From positions 2,655 through 66,654 of the IMG/VR virus record IMGVR_UViG_3300042691_036206: a stretch of DNA of 64,000 bases. One strand, given 5' to 3'. Position numbers and translations under genes: made by a program. The notes under the pieces were generated by a model. It saw nothing but the letters and a program-made list of their open reading frames with translations, was not told the DNA's origin and made no database searches. Shown here piece by piece: positions 9,674-16,707 of this stretch. The first letter of the stretch is position 1. The number at the start of each line of letters is the position of its first letter. The stretch is from a virus.

Positions 9674-10144
9674 TGGGCATGAGTGACGAAGAAGCACCGT
9701 TTAGAGCAGATTACGACGAGGCTACATCGCAACCGACAGAAGCCGAGTTACGGGCAATAGCGGAAGTGAGGTTACAAGACCTATTCGACAGTGGGGCAAT
9801 CAACGCCGTGGATGATGTCCGCAGATACATCGCCCAACTTGAGCGAGAATTGAGCACCGCGAGGGCCGTCGAACGCGACCGATGGGAGAACGCCGGTCGT
9901 GCATTTAGACGCGAGTGGCCACGGAGGGTATCGTGATTAGTGAGGAGAAGCGACGAAAGGTATGGATGAAGTTGTCCCCTGGCGAGCGCCGAGGCGTTTT
10001 ATGCGGGGTGATTGATTCCCTCATTAACGTCGAAGGCATTAGCTTGGAGCAGTCGATTCAGCGGTGCATCGACACCTTTGTTTGTGAGCACCAGGAGGTA
10101 ATTGAGGCGCTGAAGGAATTGGGCGAGCGACAGGAGGTGGCGGT

Positions 10145-10447
10145 ATGACATCATCGTTAGGATTACGAGTATTTCGATGGCAAGCAGAAGATCCACCCCC
10201 GAATCCCGAGCAATGCGGTCAGTACTACGGCGGCTTTTGCTTCGAATGTGATCTAGCGGCAGAGGCTCACCCTGCGGCGACAACTGAAGAGGGGACGTGG
10301 TTGACCAAGCGTGAGTTTGACGACTTGCTCTGGCAATGTGAGCAGTACAAGAAGGCCGCCGAGGGATGGGAACGTGAATGCGACATACTCAAGGCCAAGT
10401 ACGAGCCGGGAGTGCTTGAGTTGAGCGATGCGGCGGGGAAGATATGA
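10145..10447 (+). CDS. hypothetical protein (cassette array)
   Basis: GGAGG RBS; ATGA overlaps; ends AAGKI in the junction motif. Confidence 0.6.
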   Translation: MTSSLGLRVFRWQAEDPPPNPEQCGQYYGGFCFECDLAAEAHPAATTEEGTWLTKREFDDLLWQCEQYKKAAEGWERECDILKAKYEPGVLELSDAAGKI

Positions 10448-10758
10448 ACAAGAAAGCAAAGGCAGCAAGGTTCGACGCAATCGGTGGGCGGTCCGGGATA
10501 TCGGCACGAGTCCTCGAAATAGCTCGCGAGATCGTCGCAGAAGGTTCCTACAAACGAGCCATCATAGGGGCCGGGCAGATCAGAGCACTCGCAGAGGTTT
10601 CCGAAGCGGACACCTATTGGGACGAGAAGTGCGATTACGGCTATCAGACTGAGCAGCGGATATTGAACGGCGCTCGAAAAGTCTCGTTCACTTCGGAAGG
10701 GTCGATGATCTTCGAGGAGCCTATCCCGGTTGAACCAGACGCAGCGGGGAAGGCATGA
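10444..10758 (+). CDS. hypothetical protein (cassette array)
   Basis: Bounded on both sides by the junction motif; ends AAGKA. Confidence 0.65.
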   Translation: MNKKAKAARFDAIGGRSGISARVLEIAREIVAEGSYKRAIIGAGQIRALAEVSEADTYWDEKCDYGYQTEQRILNGARKVSFTSEGSMIFEEPIPVEPDAAGKA

Positions 10759-10937
10759 GCAGCGACGAAAAAGACCGCGAAGTGTATTGGGATGAGAATG
10801 AGGGGAAGTGGTACTACACAGCGGCACTGCATATCAGAGGTGCCGTCATGAGTTTTTACCCCGCCGTATCCTTTGGCCCTTACGACACGGAAGAACAGGC
10901 GACGGAAGCTATGAGATTGCATGGTCTTGAGGAGTAG
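10755..10937 (+). CDS. hypothetical protein (cassette array)
   Basis: Starts in the junction motif; GPYDTEEQA motif. Confidence 0.6.
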   Translation: MSSDEKDREVYWDENEGKWYYTAALHIRGAVMSFYPAVSFGPYDTEEQATEAMRLHGLEE

Positions 10938-10939
10938 GC

Positions 10940-11206
10940 ATGAGCGAGAAGAGTGAGAAGAGTGAGAAGATGCTGAGAGCGAAAGTCACATACAACCTGA
11001 ATCAAATGTTGGGTGGCTTAGCGTTCCCGAGCGACCTAACAGCCTATCGAGATGCGGTTGATGAACTCATCACCTTCCTGGATGCGAAGTGCGAGCGAGC
11101 GTTTGAGGCGGGGAGGCTTGAAGGTGTTCTTCAACAACACTTCGCTGAAAAAAGCATGCCTAGAACGGACATGACCTACGCCGATTGGAACAAGGAGCAG
11201 GGATGA
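10940..11206 (+). CDS. hypothetical protein, paralogue of 12593..12799
   Basis: MSEKSE start and LITFLDAKC shared with the downstream ORF. Confidence 0.65.
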   Translation: MSEKSEKSEKMLRAKVTYNLNQMLGGLAFPSDLTAYRDAVDELITFLDAKCERAFEAGRLEGVLQQHFAEKSMPRTDMTYADWNKEQG

Positions 11207-11541
11207 CGCAGGAAGCATTTGAAGACAGCCTAGCGCGATTAGTGTGTGAGGGTATGAGTATGCGCGAGGCCGAGAGGCATTCTGACATTATTTACGCCCA
11301 CGTCGAGGCGAAGGATAAGCGCATCGCAGAGTTGGAGAAGGAGATCGCTTTGTGGAAACGACTCCGTGATGAAGAAAAGGCGCAGGCGATCGTCCTCCGT
11401 GCTCGCATCGAGGGGGCAGAGAAGGTGCATCTGGGATTCAATGGCCAGTGGAGCACTAACGCTGGTGAACTCTTTAGCACTAGTTACAAAACAGTCTACG
11501 CGGTGCCGGTTGAGGTTGAGACGTTTGGGGGCGAGGGATGA
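11203..11541 (+). CDS. hypothetical coiled-coil protein
   Basis: AKDKRIAELEKEI; ATGA coupling at both ends. Confidence 0.6.
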   Translation: MTQEAFEDSLARLVCEGMSMREAERHSDIIYAHVEAKDKRIAELEKEIALWKRLRDEEKAQAIVLRARIEGAEKVHLGFNGQWSTNAGELFSTSYKTVYAVPVEVETFGGEG

Positions 11542-11675
11542 GCAGCGCTAAATTCTTTTTTCGTGTCGAGCTGTCCTCTAAGGCGGAGGACGACGTACGA
11601 GTGGAAACCTGGTACCACGGTATCGATATATCTGGGCCTTCAACACGAAGCATATCTGATTGGGTTAGGGATTCG
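11534..11675 (+). repeat. 142-bp direct repeat copy 1 (truncated 5' part of gene 12867..13187)
   Basis: Identical by eye to 12863-13004. Confidence 0.9.
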
Positions 11676-11761
11676 CAAACAAGCCACCCCCACCGCGCAG
11701 GGCGAAGAGACAGAATAACCACAGTAGAAGTAGTTAACTTTAATAGAAAAAAAGCAGACAT

Positions 11762-12076
11762 ATGCCGACCAAAAAGAAAGCAACAAAATCGAAGGGTAAG
11801 TACGTAATCGTTAGAACTTATAGCGCTGGTGTCTTTGCAGGGACAATCGCTGCGCGCAAAGGCCAAGAGGTAGTGCTGAAAAATGCACGGCGCATCTGGA
11901 AATGGGCAGGCGCGGCAAGCTTGTCGCAGCTTGCGCAGCAAGGAACAAGCGCACCGGGAGAGTGTATGTTCCCCTGTGCGGTAGACCGGGTAGAGCTTTT
12001 ACAAGCAATCGAAATCTTGGACGTAACGCCGATAGCTCGTAAGTCGATCGAAGGAGTTCCGGTATGGCAAAAATAG
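11762..12076 (+). CDS. DUF6948-like phage protein
   Basis: KYVIVRTYSAGVFAG...LKNARRIWKWAGAASLSQLA. Confidence 0.75.
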   Translation: MPTKKKATKSKGKYVIVRTYSAGVFAGTIAARKGQEVVLKNARRIWKWAGAASLSQLAQQGTSAPGECMFPCAVDRVELLQAIEILDVTPIARKSIEGVPVWQK

Positions 12077-12351
12077 GCTACGGCTACGGCGACGGCGACG
12101 GCTACGGCGACGGCGACGGCTACGGCTACGGCGACGGCTACGGCTCCGGCTCCGGCGACGGCTACGGCTACGGCTACGGCTCCGGCTACGGCGACGGCTA
12201 CGGCTACGGCTACGGCTCCGGCTACGGCTACGGCGACGGCGACGGCTCCGGCTCCGGCTCCGGCTACGGCTCCGGCTCCGGCTACGGCTACGGCGACGGC
12301 GACGGCGACGGCTTTAACGCCCCCACCGCGCAGGGCGAAGAGGAGATATGA
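12064..12351 (+). CDS. Gly-rich (G-Y/D/S)n repeat protein
   Basis: Array of GGCTAC/GGCGAC/GGCTCC hexamers at about 12076-12312. Confidence 0.7.
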   Translation: MAKIGYGYGDGDGYGDGDGYGYGDGYGSGSGDGYGYGYGSGYGDGYGYGYGSGYGYGDGDGSGSGSGYGSGSGYGYGDGDGDGFNAPTAQGEEEI

Positions 12352-12596
12352 GCGAGCAGTTCGAGAAGTGGAACGGTGACTATGAGAAGCGACCATACGA
12401 GGTGAAGGTTTGGCCTGGTGACATTGTCACTTGCTATCCCAATGCAGGACGCATGATTGACCTGAAGACGGGGCGTTCGTATGGGCCAGAGGACGTAGAG
12501 GGAATCAGGCCGATTACGTGGGATGAGTATTGGAAGAATACCGAGGGAATTACGAGCCCCACAGACGACAAGCAGTTAGCAGCGGGGAAGGCATGA
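12348..12596 (+). CDS. hypothetical protein (cassette array)
   Basis: GAGGAG RBS; ends AAGKA in the junction motif. Confidence 0.65.
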   Translation: MSEQFEKWNGDYEKRPYEVKVWPGDIVTCYPNAGRMIDLKTGRSYGPEDVEGIRPITWDEYWKNTEGITSPTDDKQLAAGKA

Positions 12597-12799
12597 GCGA
12601 GAAGAGTGAGAGCGAGTTGAGACAAGGGTTCATGTCAGCAATGCGCCTGTTATCGTGGAACACGAACCACACAGACAAACAGCTTACAGAGATTCATGAT
12701 GCTGCATTTGCTCTTGTCACCTACCTTGATGCCAAGTGCGGGCGATTAGAGACGAAGGCTAGACAAGCGTTCAAGCGTGGGGGTGAGGGATGGACCTAG
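12593..12799 (+). CDS. hypothetical protein, paralogue of 10940..11206
   Basis: MSEKSE...LVTYLDAKC. Confidence 0.6.
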   Translation: MSEKSESELRQGFMSAMRLLSWNTNHTDKQLTEIHDAAFALVTYLDAKCGRLETKARQAFKRGGEGWT

Positions 12800-12866
12800 G
12801 GTTTGCCATGTTCGGATTGTTGGTGATTGGGTACGTGTGCCTTCTTTTTATAGCAGTGGGGAAGGG

Positions 12867-13187
12867 ATGAGCAGCGCTAAATTCTTTTTTCGTGTCGAGC
12901 TGTCCTCTAAGGCGGAGGACGACGTACGAGTGGAAACCTGGTACCACGGTATCGATATATCTGGGCCTTCAACACGAAGCATATCTGATTGGGTTAGGGA
13001 TTCGTTTTCCGAACTACCTCAGTATCCTGACGATTGGTGGGAAGTATTTGAACTCGACCCAAATAAAAATTGGCAGATTGTAGGACAAGCAAAAATACAA
13101 GGACATACCAATTATTGGGGCGAATATGACGAGCATATCGATATTTTGGAATGCGAAAAAGCTGAAGTAGTAGAGGTGAAACCATGA
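12867..13187 (+). CDS. hypothetical protein (full-length copy of the duplicated gene)
   Basis: Starts in the junction motif; contains 142-bp repeat copy 2 (12863-13004). Confidence 0.65.
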   Translation: MSSAKFFFRVELSSKAEDDVRVETWYHGIDISGPSTRSISDWVRDSFSELPQYPDDWWEVFELDPNKNWQIVGQAKIQGHTNYWGEYDEHIDILECEKAEVVEVKP

Positions 13188-13438
13188 CCGAGCAAGAGCC
13201 CGAGTTGAAGGCGTGCCCGTGGTGCGGTTTGTCCATGCAGATTTATTACGTGGACGATGAAGAGTGCTATCACGTCGCTCATGCAGAGCCGTTTACCTGT
13301 CCGATACAGGTGAAAGTTCACTCGGGTTACCGGCTCACGTCGGAAGCTCAACGAGACAAGGTGATTCGCCAGTTCATCAAAGAGCTTCGAGAACAGCTCG
13401 ATAAGGTTGACCAGTTGAAAACGAAGAAGGCTGCATAA
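13184..13438 (+). CDS. Lar-like Zn-finger protein
   Basis: ELKACPWCG N-terminus. Confidence 0.55.
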   Translation: MTEQEPELKACPWCGLSMQIYYVDDEECYHVAHAEPFTCPIQVKVHSGYRLTSEAQRDKVIRQFIKELREQLDKVDQLKTKKAA

Positions 13439-13440
13439 AC

Positions 13441-13716
13441 ATGACCGACCTACTCACCATCCTCCAACAACGTGGCAGCCGCTACGGTTCCTTCGCCGAC
13501 AATGCTCGGATCTCTCAGAGGTTGGAGGCCGTGTGCGTCAGTGAGCCGGGCTGGGAGCGTCTGTCCGACGTGCAGAGAGAGGCCATTAAACTGATATTCA
13601 TGAAGCTCTCGCGTGCTTTGAGCGGCGACCCGACCTACCCCGACAATTTCCACGATGTCGCTGGATTTGCTCAGTTGGTGGTAAACGACTTAACGACACG
13701 GCAAAAGGCCCCATGA
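13441..13716 (+). CDS. DUF6378-like phage protein
   Basis: RGSRYGSF...KLSRALSGDPTYPDNFHDVAGFAQL. Confidence 0.8.
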   Translation: MTDLLTILQQRGSRYGSFADNARISQRLEAVCVSEPGWERLSDVQREAIKLIFMKLSRALSGDPTYPDNFHDVAGFAQLVVNDLTTRQKAP

Positions 13717-14273
13717 TCTCCGACCGACGCTCTCCCTTCCCTAACCACCTTCCGCCCGTCCACTACGTCGGCTTCCGCTTGCCCCAGCACGACGACGCCG
13801 CCATTGTGGTGAAGGTGATGGATGCCTTGACCGTACCGAAGTACCTCAACCCTCGGTACGACATCATGGAGTTCTCGGACCTGGGGTTCTCTTGGGGCCC
13901 GGCCGGCGATGATAAGCTCATCGCACAGACGGCCCTGGCGATCACCACCGACGTTCTGGGCGACGCCCACGGCGTGGAGACCTACGTCGATTTCAAGCTC
14001 GACGTGATTCGGCGGATGCCGTACGAAGGCTGGCGAATATCCTCATTTGCAATCGACGAGTGGGCCGAGAAGCTGGCGAGGACGGGGCTGTCGTTCGCCG
14101 ACGCACTCATCCTTGGCGAGTTCAATTTTCTGAAGACGCCCCCGGACTGGATGGAGTTCATGCCGAGCGATCCACCGCCGACGAAGTGGCTGCGGAAAGG
14201 GAAGAAGACAGAGGGTGATGAAAGCGACGGGAGGGTGAGACATGAGGAGGGACGTGGACGAGAAGGAGCTTGA
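13713..14273 (+). CDS. DUF6166-like protein
   Basis: LNPRYD...GFSWG...AQTALAI..DVLGD...YVDFK. Confidence 0.6.
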   Translation: MISDRRSPFPNHLPPVHYVGFRLPQHDDAAIVVKVMDALTVPKYLNPRYDIMEFSDLGFSWGPAGDDKLIAQTALAITTDVLGDAHGVETYVDFKLDVIRRMPYEGWRISSFAIDEWAEKLARTGLSFADALILGEFNFLKTPPDWMEFMPSDPPPTKWLRKGKKTEGDESDGRVRHEEGRGREGA

Positions 14274-14865
14274 AGAATTGAACAATCTCAGGGCAGAGAA
14301 TGCCAGGCTGCGGACGGACTACCAGGTCATGAAGGCCGCTCTCATCCGTTGCCAAAACGAAATCCTCTCCAAGGCGCCGTCAGGCCCGCTGATTCCGGCC
14401 CAACCATCGGGCGTGAATTTCCGCGACCGCTTCGGCAAGCGTTCTGCCACGGCCCGAGAGAACGTCTCTTTCTGCAGTGTCGTAGATCTGCACGAGCCAC
14501 CACGCCTTCGGGATCCGAAGGCCATCGAAGTGGATGCAGATTTGCCGCCCGTTTTCGAGGGCGAAGGCGTGGAGGTTGCTCAGGCGGTCGGCGGTTTGCA
14601 CGTCGAAGAGGCGAGCGTTCATAATTCTGATTGTCGCACGGATGGAGGGAGCGTGGAGAGAGCGGAAGTGGAGAAGATGCTGGATGAGGAATATGTTGTC
14701 GTCATTTTTGAGATCGAGACCCTCGTGCGCGGTGAAGTCGAGAAGAACAACACGGAACTCGTGCGGATGATGGCGGCCAGTAAACAGGCGTGGATGATCG
14801 AAGCGGCGTTGGGCCTTCGGAATCGCCTCCTTGCCCGCCTCTCAAAAGATTTCTCGCAGAAATAA
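14242..14865 (+). CDS. hypothetical protein
   Basis: 207-aa ORF with an N-terminal coiled coil; followed by a terminator-like hairpin. Confidence 0.6.
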   Translation: MRRDVDEKELEELNNLRAENARLRTDYQVMKAALIRCQNEILSKAPSGPLIPAQPSGVNFRDRFGKRSATARENVSFCSVVDLHEPPRLRDPKAIEVDADLPPVFEGEGVEVAQAVGGLHVEEASVHNSDCRTDGGSVERAEVEKMLDEEYVVVIFEIETLVRGEVEKNNTELVRMMAASKQAWMIEAALGLRNRLLARLSKDFSQK

Positions 14866-14915
14866 GCCTCCTGCGAAAAGGCGGTGTGTCGGGCTCCCGT
14901 CGTCAAGAAAGCCCG

Positions 14916-14936
14916 GCCCCTTTCGGGGGTGTTTTC
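14916..14936 (+). terminator. putative intrinsic terminator
   Basis: GC-rich hairpin with a TTCG-containing loop followed by GTTTTC. Confidence 0.45.
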
Positions 14937-14975
14937 AGGGGGTTAGCGAGGGGTTAAAAAAGACGCTGCTTTTTG

Positions 14976-15005
14976 TTGACACACGAACGCATATCGTGCC
15001 ATTAT
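14976..15005 (+). promoter_or_regulatory. repeated promoter motif copy 3
   Basis: TTGACA-CACGAACGCATATCGTGC-CATTAT. Confidence 0.7.
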
Positions 15006-15058
15006 CCCCAGACAACGAGGCGGCGGGGTGACACCCACTGCCCCATCCACAGAGGCTT

Positions 15059-16018
15059 ATGGATTCCGAAACGATTCGCCGTCAGGCAGAGCACGCAGCA
15101 AAACAGGCTGAAGAAGCCGCCCGCAATTCTGAATATCCGAGGTTCGGCAAGGCCGTTTACACGGACCTCTCTCAAGCACTTGCAAATCTCGCTGATACCG
15201 TTGACGCCCCGTCCACCGCACCACGGGCAGATAACGCCTTCGAGCAGCGAAGGGCCGCACGTATCGACCGCATGAAGGCGAGAGCGGCACGTTTTCGCGT
15301 GGAGGCAGCACGGGCCGATTGTCGTTCACATGACATCGGGCGGGTCATTCCTTTCGGTCAGCCGATTCTCGTGGGGCACCACTCCGAGCGTGGACACCGA
15401 AACGCCATTAGAAAAATGCGTTCGGCGTCGGACAGAGCGGCGAAACTCCGACAACTCGCAGCACGGGCCGAGGCATCTGTGGAGGCAGCCCAGACGAATC
15501 GCACCATTTCGTCCGACGACCCCCAGGCTATCGCGAAGCTCCGCGAGAAACTTACCGCCATGGAGCACGAACGCGACACGATGAAGGCAGCGACGAAGCT
15601 CGCCGCGAAGGATGACGCCGAAGGTTTGAAGGCCTTGGGATACCGTGACGAGCAGGTTTACAGGCTTCTCAACCCCCGCGAGACCTACCAGCGGAAGGGA
15701 CATCAGGCGTGGGAAATCACGAACCTCTCCGGCAACATTCGCCGGGTCAAGGACCGTATTGCCGAGCTTGAGCAGAACGCCACACGGCCCGCCGAGGCTC
15801 GCCTCGACCTCACCGGCGAAGGCTTCAAGGTGTTCGAAGACGCTGAAGACAATCGAATCTGTTTCGAGTTTACCGGGAAGCCTTCGGAAGCGGTAAGGAA
15901 GGAACTGAAATCGAGAGGATTCAAATGGTCGCCGACTCGCGGGCTTTGGGTTCGGCAGTTGAACGAGGCGGCACGCTGGGCAGCTCGGCATGCGGTTGAG
16001 GCGATCGGTAAACCCTGA
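15059..16018 (+). CDS. DUF3560 domain protein
   Basis: IPFGQPILVGHHSERGHR signature; ISSDDP.AI.KL.EKL; C-terminal F.GKPSEAVRKELKSRGFKWSP. Confidence 0.85.
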   Translation: MDSETIRRQAEHAAKQAEEAARNSEYPRFGKAVYTDLSQALANLADTVDAPSTAPRADNAFEQRRAARIDRMKARAARFRVEAARADCRSHDIGRVIPFGQPILVGHHSERGHRNAIRKMRSASDRAAKLRQLAARAEASVEAAQTNRTISSDDPQAIAKLREKLTAMEHERDTMKAATKLAAKDDAEGLKALGYRDEQVYRLLNPRETYQRKGHQAWEITNLSGNIRRVKDRIAELEQNATRPAEARLDLTGEGFKVFEDAEDNRICFEFTGKPSEAVRKELKSRGFKWSPTRGLWVRQLNEAARWAARHAVEAIGKP

Positions 16019-16029
16019 CCCGAAAACAC

Positions 16030-16053
16030 GGGGCCTTCAGCCCCTTTTTTCTT
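16030..16053 (+). terminator. intrinsic terminator
   Basis: GGGGC-CTTCA-GCCCC followed by a T-run. Confidence 0.7.
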
Positions 16054-16063
16054 CTCCTGTCTG

Positions 16064-16093
16064 TTGACACGCGAACGCATACCGCGCTATTCT
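16064..16093 (+). promoter_or_regulatory. repeated promoter motif copy 4
   Basis: TTGACA-CGCGAACGCATACCGCGC-TATTCT. Confidence 0.75.
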
Positions 16094-16149
16094 CTCCCTA
16101 CAACGAGGCCGGAAGCCTGACAACTTCCGGCCCTATTTCAAAGAGGCTT

Positions 16150-16329
16150 ATGAACGAACTCGAAATCAAAAACTACCTCTCCCGAAACGACTGGGACGGC
16201 ATCGCCAGGACCGCCGACTACCTCGCTTTCCACCACCACATGAGCTTCGACCAGATCCTGGGCCTCTTCGAGCGGCTCGGCGGGGACCGCTCGCTCATCG
16301 CTCAAGAGTTTTTCTCGGTGGAGGCGTAA
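16150..16329 (+). CDS. 59-aa hypothetical protein (not in the ORF track)
   Basis: MNELEIKNYLSRNDWDGIART...; same AGAGGCTTATG start context as the DUF3560 gene. Confidence 0.7.
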   Translation: MNELEIKNYLSRNDWDGIARTADYLAFHHHMSFDQILGLFERLGGDRSLIAQEFFSVEA

Positions 16330-16334
16330 ACATC

Positions 16335-16586
16335 ATGGGAGGCATGTTTGAATGCAGAATGTGCGGCGGATTCAAGCACTCGGACGACGGCTACCGCGTA
16401 GCCTACGAGCCGGGGAAGTCTAAATGGTCCGACGCCTTCGAGTATTGCGAGGCTTGCGAGGTTGACGTGCTCGAAGCAGTCCACAACGGCAAGCTCGAAC
16501 TCGCGGTAATCGACGGCAAGGACATGAAGGATCATTTCATCGACGAGGACCTGGAGATCCGAAAGATCCCGCAGCCGAAGGACTGA
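16335..16586 (+). CDS. small Zn-finger protein
   Basis: CRMC...CEAC; followed by a hairpin at 16594-16619. Confidence 0.6.
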   Translation: MGGMFECRMCGGFKHSDDGYRVAYEPGKSKWSDAFEYCEACEVDVLEAVHNGKLELAVIDGKDMKDHFIDEDLEIRKIPQPKD

Positions 16587-16707
16587 AAACAAAAGCCTGG
16601 GTCCGAAAGGGCCTGGGCTGTAAATCGATGAACGCTCTTCGCACTCGCGTTTTTCGCGGGAGCGTGGTACGCGAAGCTGAAAACCGAATACTTGACTTAC
16701 GAGGCTT

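Noticed and set aside
11818-12396. 192-aa Val-Ala repeat ORF on the minus strand
   Set aside because: Antisense shadow of the Gly-X hexamer array inside a plus-strand operon
11534-13004. Diversity-generating retroelement TR/VR pair
   Set aside because: The copies are identical with no adenine-specific differences, and there is no reverse transcriptase in the window
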